Origin: Pecten maximus
Taxonomy: Eukaryota
Reading direction: 5' to 3'
Assembly: GCF_902652985.1 (NCBI RefSeq)
Contig: NC_047020.1
Location: 30,008,001-30,072,000, forward strand
Length of the DNA stretch: 64,000 bases
Under the pieces are notes generated by a model. That model searched no databases and was not told the origin of the DNA. It was given only the letters and a program-made list of their open reading frames with translations. A program made the translations under genes and the position numbers. Positions 1 to 11,457 of the stretch are shown piece by piece. Each line of letters begins with the position of its first letter. Position 1 is the stretch's first letter.

Positions 1-143
1 GTAACATTATTAATAAGGAAGTTTAAAATTTGACAAAGACCAACTGTTCATCGTATCCCGGTAGCCTAGGTATGTCAACAACAGCATTCAACAACAGGGA
101 AAATGATATAACAGTATCGATAAGTGCATTTTTGAGGAAGATA
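1..143. repeat. Left arm of a diverged ~140-bp inverted repeat (partner at 2574-2713)
   Basis: gtatcccggtagcctaggtatgtcaacaacagcattcaacaacaggga...acagtatcgat...tttttgaggaagata aligns with the reverse complement of 2574-2713. The arm may extend past the window start. Confidence 0.75.
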
Positions 144-1326
144 AAGAAAACGAATTCACTGTTTGGATAAATAATGAGTGATTTGTAAACCAAGACAATA
201 GTACATTGTATCCGGAAAACACATAGTTTCAACGAAAGGTCTGCTGTATCGTTTCAGCCGACGTTATATAACTGATTAGGGAAATTTGAAAAAAATTAGG
301 GGATTATGAAGTTTTGATTGATCAAGTTTTATATTTTTAAACAAAAACACAAAGAGGCTTTACCTCTGTTGCAATTTGGTGTGATCAGGTTTCTTAAACT
401 TCGATAAAGAGTAAAAAAATGTCCTATAGATTATAATATGGTGAACTTTGTTCAGGTTGGTCGGATAATTTGGCCCCGGAAATTCCTTCGGTATATAAAG
501 TAGTTTATTTCTAACCCAGACTCTGCCTATTGTGTAATCAGGCTCTGTTTCCCTTTACACTAGTAAATCTATGCTGTGGAAACCAGTTTCGGCTTTTTTC
601 TGGTACAGTGTGTAGCGGTTGCTTTGTAGGCTCCGGCGGATGTTTATATGGAGTCAATAACTCTACAGTTAAGTTATTAAGTGCCATGCAAGGTAGACAT
701 GTTCAGCCAAAACTTGAACTGGATGGTGTTGTCTTGATGATTAAAACGCTAAGCATAATTATGTTTATTACAATTAAAGATTGCTCTATGCGAACGAGAT
801 TTCCTCTCGAGGGCCCCATGATGGAGGAACAACCGAGTAAGGATATAGGTAGAGGATCAAAATACATGTTTCCGCCTACCGATATCAACTCGAAATCGAA
901 AGTAATTCTACCGAATGGGAATATGCCTAGCGCAACGTTCCTGAATGATGGCCGGTATCTATCTTATATGGATGAATTGAAAAAAGGATGAAAGATGATT
1001 CGATCATTAAGTTGAAGACTGGATTAAATCAAAAGATAGTCAAAGACATTTTCCATGGAATAAGTTGACAATACAATGATCTGATAACGAAGTCATAACT
1101 GTGTTAAAGTTAAAATTATAGAAATGTACATATTTTGCATTGTGAAATAAACACTGTTTGTATACAGATGAAATAAAATAAGGTTTAACGATTTGTGTGT
1201 ATAAATTATTACATATATAGCACAACTATTATAATTATATTGTATATACCGGCCAAATTATGTAATCCCGATGAAGCTTGATTTAAAACAGAGTCCAAAG
1301 TATAGATTTCAAGCCTTCTCAAGGTA

Positions 1327-2535
1327 CAGTGGAACTTCGTTAACTCGAACTCGGATAACTCGAATACCCCGCTTAACTCGAAGTACCTCGCCGGTCCCGG
1401 CCGAATTCTATCTTTATCTTAGTAAAAAAAAACTCGGAAAATTCGAATTCGGATAACTCGAAAAACTCGGATAATACGAAGTAAAAATTTGGTCCCAACA
1501 ATAAAAATCCTACTTGAAATGTTCGAATAACTCGAAGTATAATTTTCGTCGATCGGTGGCAAACGCCGACATTTTTTAAGAGCTAAATTCCGTTTGTAAT
1601 ACTGAACATATCGGCACTACTAACCTACATGCTATTATAAGTGTTTCATAAATTCATGAAAGAAGTTGTCGGTTGAATCTTATAACAACAAGTCTTGGTG
1701 ATAAAAAGTACTGCTTTACTTACATCAGGTAATTTCCCAAGGCGGTCGCCGATATCAGTACACACGATAGTCAACAACTCATCTACCCGTTCGCTCAAGC
1801 GGAACTAATCTCTGACACACCGGTAGATCTACCCGGCTGATGTTTTTACAGGTGTAGAAATGACACTGTCACCGGCGCCTATTAAATCTTTAAACTGCTG
1901 AAACAATAGCGTAATTACTGCCGAGGTGTTCAGAGTACAACTGTAACGGTCAGTGCTGTCTATTAAATCGGATAAAACGCCAACTCAGTTACAGTAACAT
2001 TTTATACGCACATGCGCAGCCCAACTTCCGATGCTAATACACATGGAAATGGCGTGGTTATCAATAAAAAGTAAGTAGGTCGATCAAACAGTATTTTATA
2101 TATGTCCAATAAAAGGTAATGGTTCTGTTACGTTTTGTATGCAATCTGTGTTAAACTTAAACGGTGATTTGTTTTGACATTAATAACTTGTTATTTTGTC
2201 GAATTCCGTTTTATCGTTTACCTTTTGCAAACATGACTTGCACATCAGATCGTTATTGAAGTGACTAAGTGAAAGAAACTTTATCGTGACTGTATATCGG
2301 CAAAACTACACCAAATTACAAGTGACATAACGAAACATTACATATATATTTACATGTATTGACCAGTCTTCACACTAAACTGATGAGCGACAGAGCGAAG
2401 TTATAATGATTATATAATGTTGACAAATATTGACCAAACTTTTCACCAAAAATGATAACTCGCTTAATTCGAACACTCGGATAACTCGAAGTTTTTTCGT
2501 GGTCCCGTCGACTTCGAGTTAACGAAGTTCCACTG
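1327..2535. mobile_element. Non-autonomous Tc1/mariner-superfamily (pogo/Tigger-like) MITE
   Basis: Perfect 23-bp TIRs CAGTGGAACTTCGTTAACTCGAA (1327-1349 / 2513-2535). TA on both sides (1325-1326, 2536-2537). Repeated subterminal ATAACTCGAA motifs. No transposase ORF. Confidence 0.9.
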
Positions 2536-2573
2536 TATATTAAACTATTTGGCCTGTGTTATTGGATTGTGTG

Positions 2574-2713
2574 TATCTTCCTCAAAAATGTGCCTTAATC
2601 GATACTGTTATATATTATCCCTGTTGTTGTATGCTGTTGTTGACGTACCTAGATTACCGGGATACATTGTCGAGGGAGTCTTTGTCGGAATTTAGTCTTC
2701 CTCATCAATAATA
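2574..2713. repeat. Right arm of the diverged inverted repeat (partner at 1-143)
   Basis: Reverse complement matches 1-143 with scattered substitutions and indels. Confidence 0.75.
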
Positions 2714-4722
2714 AGACGTACATGCACGTTTACACATATTACCCTTGTACGAAGCGGAAAGTACTGTACCTCCCTCTACCATGGGATGGTAGGAACTATC
2801 TGCTTTGATTCATAAGTAGGGAATCTTTTGAAAAAAGCTGAACTTGAGATATTCACTTATAATTCTCCGAAACACAAGTATTTCACCTTCTAATGAAATT
2901 TGAAAAAACAGGCTTGAATATCCTGATAGAACTTTTTTTTATTATGACTTACTGTTATACTGTTATATATCATTTGCAACCTTCCGCGGTATCAGAAAAT
3001 CTTTATCTTCTCCAGCTGGCTGCAATTTAAACGTCATTTCCCCATGCAGGTTTTTTCTTAAATATTTTACTCGACGTCGCAGTAGCTTTGAAAGTGAAAT
3101 TTATATTGCACATGAATATATACAATACTAAATCTCGATATTTTATGGGAAAATAGTAGAAAATATTTGAGTAATGATTTGAATATGTATATATTTCCTA
3201 TTTTAGAGATATAATTATAAATTATTTATTTGGTTTTAATTTTTTCATGTTGAGTAATTGGTAGGTAGTGCTTTGGAGCCATGTCATTGTAGCTGGCTAT
3301 ACTCTGTGGTTATGTAACTTGTGTGTAGTGTTTATGATCATCTCTTTTAACTATTCCTCATACCTGTATTTCTACCAATTCTTTATCATGATCCCTACAC
3401 TCTGTTTATAGTTTTCTATCTTTGTTACCTTACTGTAATATATGTTTTCTGATGTTTGTAATAATTACACTTCCAAGCTAGTACATGTATATATGACTTT
3501 GAATTAAATTTCTTGTTATCTTGCACCTGGCATCTTGACATGATGTTTTACGTTATTGGATTATAACATAATTTTCATACCGATCACAATTCTTGTTTGA
3601 TTTCAGTATATACAGAACAAAGTCAGTATATTGCTTCATATAGCCATTTATTCATCGATGTAACTTGTTTTTGCAGTACAGTTATTGATGTGATTGGTAT
3701 CAACTAATTAATTATTATTATTTAGATATAACAGTTATACATGTATACATACAAATTGATCGACATGTTATTGGTGTTCATTCCGGTTCTTCACACAGTA
3801 CGACCCCTCGCTTCAATCTGGGCCAACAATCGTGATTAATATAAGATAACATACATTGTTTTGCAAGATTAAAACATTTATTAACGTATTAAAAATCGTA
3901 GTTAGCCCTTATAATAAACATATAGAGCGAAATGCAACCCAGTATCCAGTCCATTAATACACCCGAGTAATTGTCACTTTTGGAATTGACGCACATGTAC
4001 ATATATTTCATTCATAGCGTTGATAGACCAATTAAAGATCAGGGGAAAATAACGCATCTGAAACTTAAATATTGTTAAACTTTCCGAAAGTCGATTAAAA
4101 TTGAAGGAACTAATTATAGATATTTCCATAATAAATTCACCAACATAATTTATGCATTTCACAAATTAAGTTGTCAAAAATGCGAGAAAAAAATATTTTG
4201 AAAAGAAAACTTTCCAGATGCAATTAAAAGCAAGAAAAAACAACAATATACCATATCCCGATTTTATCGCCAGTATCTAATTTTTGCTATTATTTTAGAA
4301 AGAGTAACTTTCCCTGACACGGGAAAGGTCAGTCAACAGCCTGCTTAGATACTGCAAATACATAGATATTATAACTCGACCACTATACAAAGACCAGTAG
4401 AATGCCAAATCGCCAAATCACTGATTATTACAACAGATCGATGTTGAACGGTACACTGACCACTCAAGAAAAACTTTACTTTTGTGATTGATATCATGAT
4501 GAAAAAGTACAAGAATGTTTATAAAATCCGCTAGGGCCATCATCTTATTCCGAAATATATAGATATTTCTCTAGTATTACTCATTCCAAATAATACCTCA
4601 CTGATTAAGTCAATGATGGATCAGTTTTCCAGAGCATTGTATGGGTTTACGATCTCTATGTCATCTTTCTCGATGCCTTATTCTTTTCTGCTCTTAGATT
4701 AAGAAGTTATCATCGGAGCAAA

Positions 4723-6816
4723 TTATTTCACACCTGCTCCGGTTATATTCACTACTTGACAACCATTTTCTCTTCGGTGCATATTACAAAGGCATGTATT
4801 ACTGTCAGAGTTAGGAATATCATCGCATTTCATGTCGGAGTGACCTATCCAGAACATACCATTGCTGTTGTTGGTAAAGGTAGATACGTTTACATGAGCA
4901 AGGTGTAGATTATGTGTCTCACAGGTCTCCACTGCATCTATCCAGGTTTTATTTCCCTCCACGTAGATTTGGAAATTGTTGTAATTGTCTGAACAAATGT
5001 ATGGATGGTATTCATTGCACGCCCTTACCTCATATCTTGCATCTACTCCATAGGTATTCATTAGCCAACAGCCATCCTGTCTTTCTTCTGTATCACAAAG
5101 ACACGACAGGTTACACGAGGACGGCAAGTCACCGCGTTCGGAGCACTTGATCCAGAACATACCATTACTGCTGTGGTGAATTGTTGATATATTTTCACAG
5201 GCAAGGTGCAAATTACGTGATTCACAAGTCTTTACTGCATCTGCCCATGTCCTCTTTTCTTCCGCGTAGATTTGGAAATTATTCTTATTGTCATAACAGA
5301 TGAATGGATGGCTTTCATCACATGACCTTAACTGGTACTTCACTTCCAAGCCATTTTCATTGATTAGGTGACTTTCGCCTGTGCTTGTTTGTTTATCAAA
5401 AAAACATGTCATGTTATACGGGACAGGGGGGCCTCCATAGTCGCTGACGGAGCAGTTTGTCCAGAACATACCGTCATTGGCGAAGGAAATTGAAGATACA
5501 TTCATCTGAGCAAGATATAGATTACGTGATTCACAAGTCTTTACCGCATCTATCCATGTCATATTCTCCTCCGCGTAGATTTGGAAATTGTTGTTACTGT
5601 CAGAACAAATAAAAGGATGGTGTTCACTACAAGGCCTTATCTGGTATTCCAGATCGACCCCATATTTATTTATCATGCGACAACCGTTTTCTCTTGACTG
5701 TTTTACGCAAAGACCTGCTGAGTTGTACAAGGCCGGAAAGTCACTACTGCAGTCGCTGACGGAGAAGTTTGTCCAAAACATACCGTCATTGGCCAAGTGA
5801 ATTATGGATATATTCACACGCCCAATGTGTTGATTACGTGATTCACAAGTCTTTACCGCATCGGTCCATGTCTTATTCTCCTCCGCGTAGATTTGGAAAT
5901 TGTTGTTACTGTCAGAACAAATAAAAGGATGATATTCACCACAAGGCCTACATTGGTATTTCACATCCATTCCATTTTTATTAATCAGGCTACAGTCGTT
6001 TTCTCTCGTTTGCTCATCACAGAGGCATGTTATGTAGTTCGGGGCCGGAACATCACCACATTCGCTGACGGAGCAGTTTGTCCAGTACATACCGTCATTG
6101 GCGAAGGAAATTGAAGATACATTCATCTGAGCAAGATATAGATTACGTGATTCACAAGTCTTTACCGCATCTATCCATGTCCTATTCTCCTCCGCGTAGA
6201 TTTGGAAATTGTTGTTACTGTCAGAACAAATAAAAGGATGATATTCACCACAAGGCCTAAATTGGTATTTCACATCCATTCCATTTTTATTAATCAGGCT
6301 ACAGTCGTTTTCTCTCGTTTGCTCATCACAGAGGCATGTTATGTAGTTCGGGGCCGGAACATCACCACATTCGCTGACGGAGCAGTTTGTCCAGTACATA
6401 CCGTCATTGGCGAAGTCAATGGAAGCTATATTCATCTGAGCAAGATATAGATTACGTGATTCACAAGTCTTTACCGCATCTATCCATGTCTTATTCTCCT
6501 CCGCGTAGATTTGGAAATTGTTGTTACTGTCAGAACAAATAAAAGGATGATATTCATCACAAGATGTATGCTCGTATTTCAAATCCCTAACACTTTTGCG
6601 CATAAGAAGGCAGTCTTTTTTGTGCGCTTGCGTTTTACAAAGACAAGGAAATTGATGTGACAAATGGAAAACACCGCGTTTGTTTTCGGGATGACTGAAC
6701 TGTATATAATTTGAATTACTGTGTAGCTCCCATTTGTGGATTTTGCTATTTCCTGATACCAGCATAAACAGGGTAATCAACTGATAGAAGACAACACATA
6801 TTGAGAAGTTAATCAT
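4723..6816 (-). CDS. Secreted Cys-rich protein with tandem atypical C-type lectin-like domains (697 aa, single exon)
   Basis: 2.1-kb ORF from an ATG. Hydrophobic signal peptide ending VSG|N. Six copies of FQIY..E.xTW.DAV.TC..R.L.LA...G.[YF]W and six of C.E.HP[FY]IC at ~103-aa (309-bp) period, matching the CTLD W..A...C, WxG-like and C....FIC motifs. No TM segment. No EPN/QPD or WND motif. Confidence 0.85.
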   Translation of the reverse strand: MINFSICVVFYQLITLFMLVSGNSKIHKWELHSNSNYIQFSHPENKRGVFHLSHQFPCLCKTQAHKKDCLLMRKSVRDLKYEHTSCDEYHPFICSDSNNNFQIYAEENKTWIDAVKTCESRNLYLAQMNIASIDFANDGMYWTNCSVSECGDVPAPNYITCLCDEQTRENDCSLINKNGMDVKYQFRPCGEYHPFICSDSNNNFQIYAEENRTWIDAVKTCESRNLYLAQMNVSSISFANDGMYWTNCSVSECGDVPAPNYITCLCDEQTRENDCSLINKNGMDVKYQCRPCGEYHPFICSDSNNNFQIYAEENKTWTDAVKTCESRNQHIGRVNISIIHLANDGMFWTNFSVSDCSSDFPALYNSAGLCVKQSRENGCRMINKYGVDLEYQIRPCSEHHPFICSDSNNNFQIYAEENMTWIDAVKTCESRNLYLAQMNVSSISFANDGMFWTNCSVSDYGGPPVPYNMTCFFDKQTSTGESHLINENGLEVKYQLRSCDESHPFICYDNKNNFQIYAEEKRTWADAVKTCESRNLHLACENISTIHHSSNGMFWIKCSERGDLPSSCNLSCLCDTEERQDGCWLMNTYGVDARYEVRACNEYHPYICSDNYNNFQIYVEGNKTWIDAVETCETHNLHLAHVNVSTFTNNSNGMFWIGHSDMKCDDIPNSDSNTCLCNMHRRENGCQVVNITGAGVK

Positions 6817-7159
6817 CTTCCTTTAGTCAGTATCTTCACACGAACAATTCACATCATAGTCCAGGTGTCTATAAACTACCTGACAAGGCTTATCCGGACG
6901 CAATGTACGTGTGGCCATGTTCATAAAAAAACTTCCTCGTTTCGAGATAACCGAGATACCATGGAATGTTTATCATGCTTCAGATTAGAATCGCCCGTCT
7001 ACATGTATTTTGCTAAATCAGTTATTGAACTGCCACAGTGTAAAAGTTTTGATCAACAGCACTACCTCGATTTCATTGCTGGTTATTACACCAACATATT
7101 GTGCTTTATAAAAGTTTGATACGTGACATTTTACTGTGTAGATATGTCGATGCGACAGC

Positions 7160-7164
<5 letters not shown>

Positions 7165-7214
<50 letters not shown>
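7165..7214. repeat. (AG)n microsatellite
   Basis: About 25 perfect AG units. Confidence 0.95.
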
Positions 7215-7218
<4 letters not shown>

Positions 7219-9702
7219 AACCGACGAAACGCGGAGAGGAGTGAAACAAAAGGAAGATCTATAAGAAAACAGTTTCAAAGCAGAATACCTGATGTTCACT
7301 AAAGTAGTAAGCGTCTGTCTTATGCTTTAAGGTCAAGTAGAAGTCACACTCTTAAGATAAAGAAAGGGGTAGGCATAACGAAACCTCCCGACATTGACAC
7401 AAGAGTAAAACACAATCTCATAATTCCGTGGCCCAGGCTGTGATATAGGAAACAATATCCATAAACTGATATCACACCCCTAACTTACAGATTTTGCAGA
7501 CATTTTCGTTTGCAGTGATTATGAAAAAAGAGATGAAATAAATAAAAAGATAATACAATAATCATTATATACTGATTTCAAAAAGGTTTCCCCACTATAT
7601 AGAATGGCGATAACACCATACCAGTTTAGTATATGGGATACTATCTTTGATGCATATAAAACGACAATTGACGTTTTTGCTTAAAATTTCGGTTTTGTCT
7701 TTAGGTCGATGTTCTTTAAGAAAACACCATAGGAAACAAACAATCTTTAATGTCGTTCCAACAACAAAATAACAAAAGAACATCAACGCATTGTAACGTG
7801 TGTTTATTCAGTAAAAACATTGTTTTTATATCAAGTGCATACCTGACAGATTCATTTGGTGTTTACATTCAGCATAAGCTTAACGATCTGTACAATGTGA
7901 AAAATCCTACCATGATTACTCGACATATTATCCCGGTAACTTAGGCATGTAAACAATAGCGTGCAACACCAGAGATAAGGAATTGATCATTGTATGCTGC
8001 ACGTAGTTGAGAAAGTTAAAGAAAATAATTTTTATTTTATTTTATTTTTATGATTTGTGCTTAACTTATAGCACGCACTCTGTATCATAATAATTGATTT
8101 AGTAAGTGACAAATTAGATAATAGTACATTGTTTTCTTTCGTTTAGTATCATAATTGAGTCAAGTAGAATAAATATATATAATTTGATTATTTTTTCAAC
8201 GATAAGTTAGTTAAATATAAATGGGGATTCAGTAATTGATAAATGACATCTAGACATCAACATGAAGAATGTACATGTATAGCAATTGATTTTATCACAG
8301 TTCGTCATATATCAAATCATGTAAAACATTTAATTCAAAATATTATTTATATGTGTCTATAGTTATACAATATAATTCGAAGAACATATGTTATTACAGT
8401 TTTTCCACGTTCATTATCAATGTTGTAACAATTCATGGAAAGATAGATAAATATGCATCCTTGTTATTATAATCATCAATACATAAACGTGCTTGATATG
8501 ACTAATAATTAATAAGATTAGCTTGTTATACAATACAGCAAAATTGTCCTACAATATGATACTTATAGCAAAGACAATATGCCTTTATACAAATGTGAAG
8601 CATATTATATTTAAATAATAAATTCTGTAAATAATGATGGGGAAAAATAGTCGAACCTTATTTTTCAAAACTATCAAGCAAGATAATTCAGTTAGAAATA
8701 ATCAATTTTTCAAAACTCCAGAAATTACAGTACATCAGAGAGAGAAACAAAATATTTGATTAAAAAAAAAATCAATGGATGAAATATGAATAGCTCAATC
8801 ACAAATGCTATAAAAAGTAAAAACAAAACCGCAACATCTTCCATTTTCAAAGCAGGAAAAACGATTAGAAAAACGTTCAACTTTAAATCCAAACACACCG
8901 AGATACAAAGACACAACAAAAAATACAACATAATAAAAAGGGGCATTACCAAGAGCAAATAAAAAATGTGCTATTATGCTAGTGATATATAAAAATGGTA
9001 TTCAACGAGGCGACCATTTAAATTGATATTTGAAATACGGTTTATATTTAAACTACAAACCTTACAGTTTAGACATAGCATACGCTCATAATCTTGTGAG
9101 AACTTGAATCATTAACCCTATCATAATGAAGTCATAATATACACCAAGACAGTGTGCCATTTGGAAAGTGCTGCTTCACCTGGTAAGGTTTGCTTCCCAA
9201 ACCATACCAAAGGTAGTGATTAATGCGTAGCATGACATATGTAGCATAAATGTATCAAACATGTGCGTGTGTATACAACAACCATGCGGGCTTTGTTACA
9301 GAAATAGTAGTCAGTGAGCTAACTAGTCAGTGATAAAAATTAATATAGGAAATATTATCGTCATACTGTTACTTTATAATATTTTTCTGGTACAACATTG
9401 ATTTAAATAATCAAAAATCCTTTATTTTGATAGCATGCTACATAGAACGACAATGTTTGCCCGGAAGGAGGAGAGCAGCGTGTCCCAACAGAAACTAATA
9501 CAGGTATGAGTTTTATCATTATTTTATACCTAGCTATACCTTGTTTCTGCAAATTCAGGTATGGGGACGCTTAATTCTGTAAACTAGCGTAAAATGGTCT
9601 TCGCGCTGAAACAACATCAATAGAAAATTGAAATGTTAATATTGGATAATATAGCTTAAAAAATGTTTTGATAAAAACGATAATTTGTTTTTTTACTTAA
9701 TG

Positions 9703-11457
9703 TCACAACTGTTCATTCTGAGCAATCTCGTGAATAGCATTGTATGTGTCCGAATCAGGCCGAGAGGTTTCGTCTTTCTGATGGAGATGTCCATAGACCC
9801 CTTCAGTCAAAGCTCCCACGTGATCATACACGTCACTAGCCATTTGTTGTTTCTGATGTAGAACACCATATTCATCGGTAGAATCGTCCCGAATATAGAG
9901 TCGTGGTGCATGATCGTAAGTGTCATTTTCTGATTCACAATCTTTGCGAGCATTTTTGTTTTCAAAATGGTCGTATTTACTTTCATCATCAGACTCTGTC
10001 TCTGTTCTTGTATCCCCCTCATCTTGTCCTGAAACATTTAGTATTTGGGGCAGGTAAATTGGATTTTGATATTCGTCCTGTTGACGCAGTTTTCCTCTCA
10101 GTGATTTATCAATGTATCCCGCAAGACCTGACGTTTGTATGATGGTCTTTTGCTTCCCCCTGCTATTTCGTCTATACTTTACATACACTACCGTAGCTCC
10201 TATAATGAGCAGTAGTACCCCACCAGAAACAGCTCCCGCTATCAACGCAGTGTTATCTTTGTGATTCCGTTTTGCTTCCTTTGAACCGACAAGTTTTGGC
10301 CTTACTGTTGTGGTATTTGCAGTACTTGATTCATAAGTATTTAAAACACTTTCATTCACTCTTGATGTTATAAAAGTTCCGGTAGAGGTGATCCCTACAG
10401 TATGATATATGTCATCCGTTGTTGTAAATAATGTATCAGAATTGGTCGAATCTAAAGGCATTGTTGTAGACAATGTATCAGAATTGGTCGAATCTAAAGG
10501 CATTGTTGTAGACAATGTATCAGAATTGGTCGAATCTAAAGGCATTGTTGTAGACAATGTATCAGGATTGGTCGAATCTAAAGGCATTGTTGTAGACAAT
10601 GTATTCGAATTGGTCGAGTCTAAAGGCATTGTTGTAGACAATGTATTCGAATGGGTCGAATCTAAAGGCATTGTTGTAGACAATGTATTCGAATTGGTCG
10701 AATCTAAAGGCATTGTTGTAGAAGATGTATGGTCAGTTGTTGAAAATAGTATGGTCGTCTCTGTTGCTAATGTTGATTCTGTACTATTGGTTGTCGAATT
10801 AGAATTAATGTTTTGACTAGTCAAAGACGAGTCAGTTTTAGTAGAAAGGGTCGTAGACGGCGTTAATAATGCGGAACAAACAGAAGAGGTGGGAGGTCGG
10901 AATCCCTCGGAATCCATTTCACATTTGACATATGTAGATAAATTTGAATTCATTAAGGAGTTGTTAGAAGTTATTTGATATTGTGATACGTTTGTACCGT
11001 ATTCTGGTGTCCAACCGTAAAACGTCCCTGTCCAGAAAAAAACGTCACTATCAAAGTTAATAACAGATAGGTTAAAGTTTGTCGGAGTGATGTGTAAATT
11101 ACGTAATTCACAAGTCCTTACTGCATCTGTCCATGTGCTATTCTCCCCAGGGTAGATTTGGAAATTGTTGTGCTTGTCAAAACAAATGAATGGATGGTAT
11201 TCATTACAAGGCTCTATCACATCATGTCCGGTGAAATTCATTAGTTGACACCCGGCTTCTTCCCCCGTAGCTATGCGTTGTATTTCACAAAGACACGTTA
11301 AGTTGAATGATTGATCAAAATCACCACATTTGCTGTCGGGACAACGAAATTTCTTACAATTAAAATCATTATCTGGTTCCACCTCGCAGGTTTCCTGATT
11401 GCCTGATGCGACACAGAGCCAAAGACTCAAAAGGAAGATCCTTAAAAGTATGGACAT
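9703..11457 (-). CDS. Type-I membrane receptor: CTLD-like module, S/T-rich mucin stalk, TM helix, multi-tyrosine cytoplasmic tail (584 aa, single exon)
   Basis: The ORF track starts at a GTG (11502); the first ATG (11457) gives signal peptide MSILLRIFLLSLWLCVASG|N. CNEYHPFIC..NNFQIY..ENSTWTDAVRTCE..FFWTG is homologous to the 4723-6816 repeats. TM ALIAGAVSGGVLLLIIGATVVYV is followed by KYRR. The tail carries NPIY and several YxxPhi motifs. Confidence 0.87.
   Translation of the reverse strand: MSILLRIFLLSLWLCVASGNQETCEVEPDNDFNCKKFRCPDSKCGDFDQSFNLTCLCEIQRIATGEEAGCQLMNFTGHDVIEPCNEYHPFICFDKHNNFQIYPGENSTWTDAVRTCELRNLHITPTNFNLSVINFDSDVFFWTGTFYGWTPEYGTNVSQYQITSNNSLMNSNLSTYVKCEMDSEGFRPPTSSVCSALLTPSTTLSTKTDSSLTSQNINSNSTTNSTESTLATETTILFSTTDHTSSTTMPLDSTNSNTLSTTMPLDSTHSNTLSTTMPLDSTNSNTLSTTMPLDSTNPDTLSTTMPLDSTNSDTLSTTMPLDSTNSDTLSTTMPLDSTNSDTLFTTTDDIYHTVGITSTGTFITSRVNESVLNTYESSTANTTTVRPKLVGSKEAKRNHKDNTALIAGAVSGGVLLLIIGATVVYVKYRRNSRGKQKTIIQTSGLAGYIDKSLRGKLRQQDEYQNPIYLPQILNVSGQDEGDTRTETESDDESKYDHFENKNARKDCESENDTYDHAPRLYIRDDSTDEYGVLHQKQQMASDVYDHVGALTEGVYGHLHQKDETSRPDSDTYNAIHEIAQNEQL
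10427..10722 (-). repeat. Coding 42-bp minisatellite (7 x STTMPLDSTNSDTL) forming the mucin stalk
   Basis: tctaaaggcattgttgtaga recurs every 42 bp from 10451 to 10703. Confidence 0.95.

Noticed and set aside
530-991. 153-aa ORF
   Set aside because: TTG start, no recognisable domain or splice support; lies within an inverted-repeat-bounded segment.
10409-10816. 135-aa plus-strand ORF (and ORFs 4914-6450 on plus)
   Set aside because: Antisense shadows of the coding repeats of the minus-strand genes.
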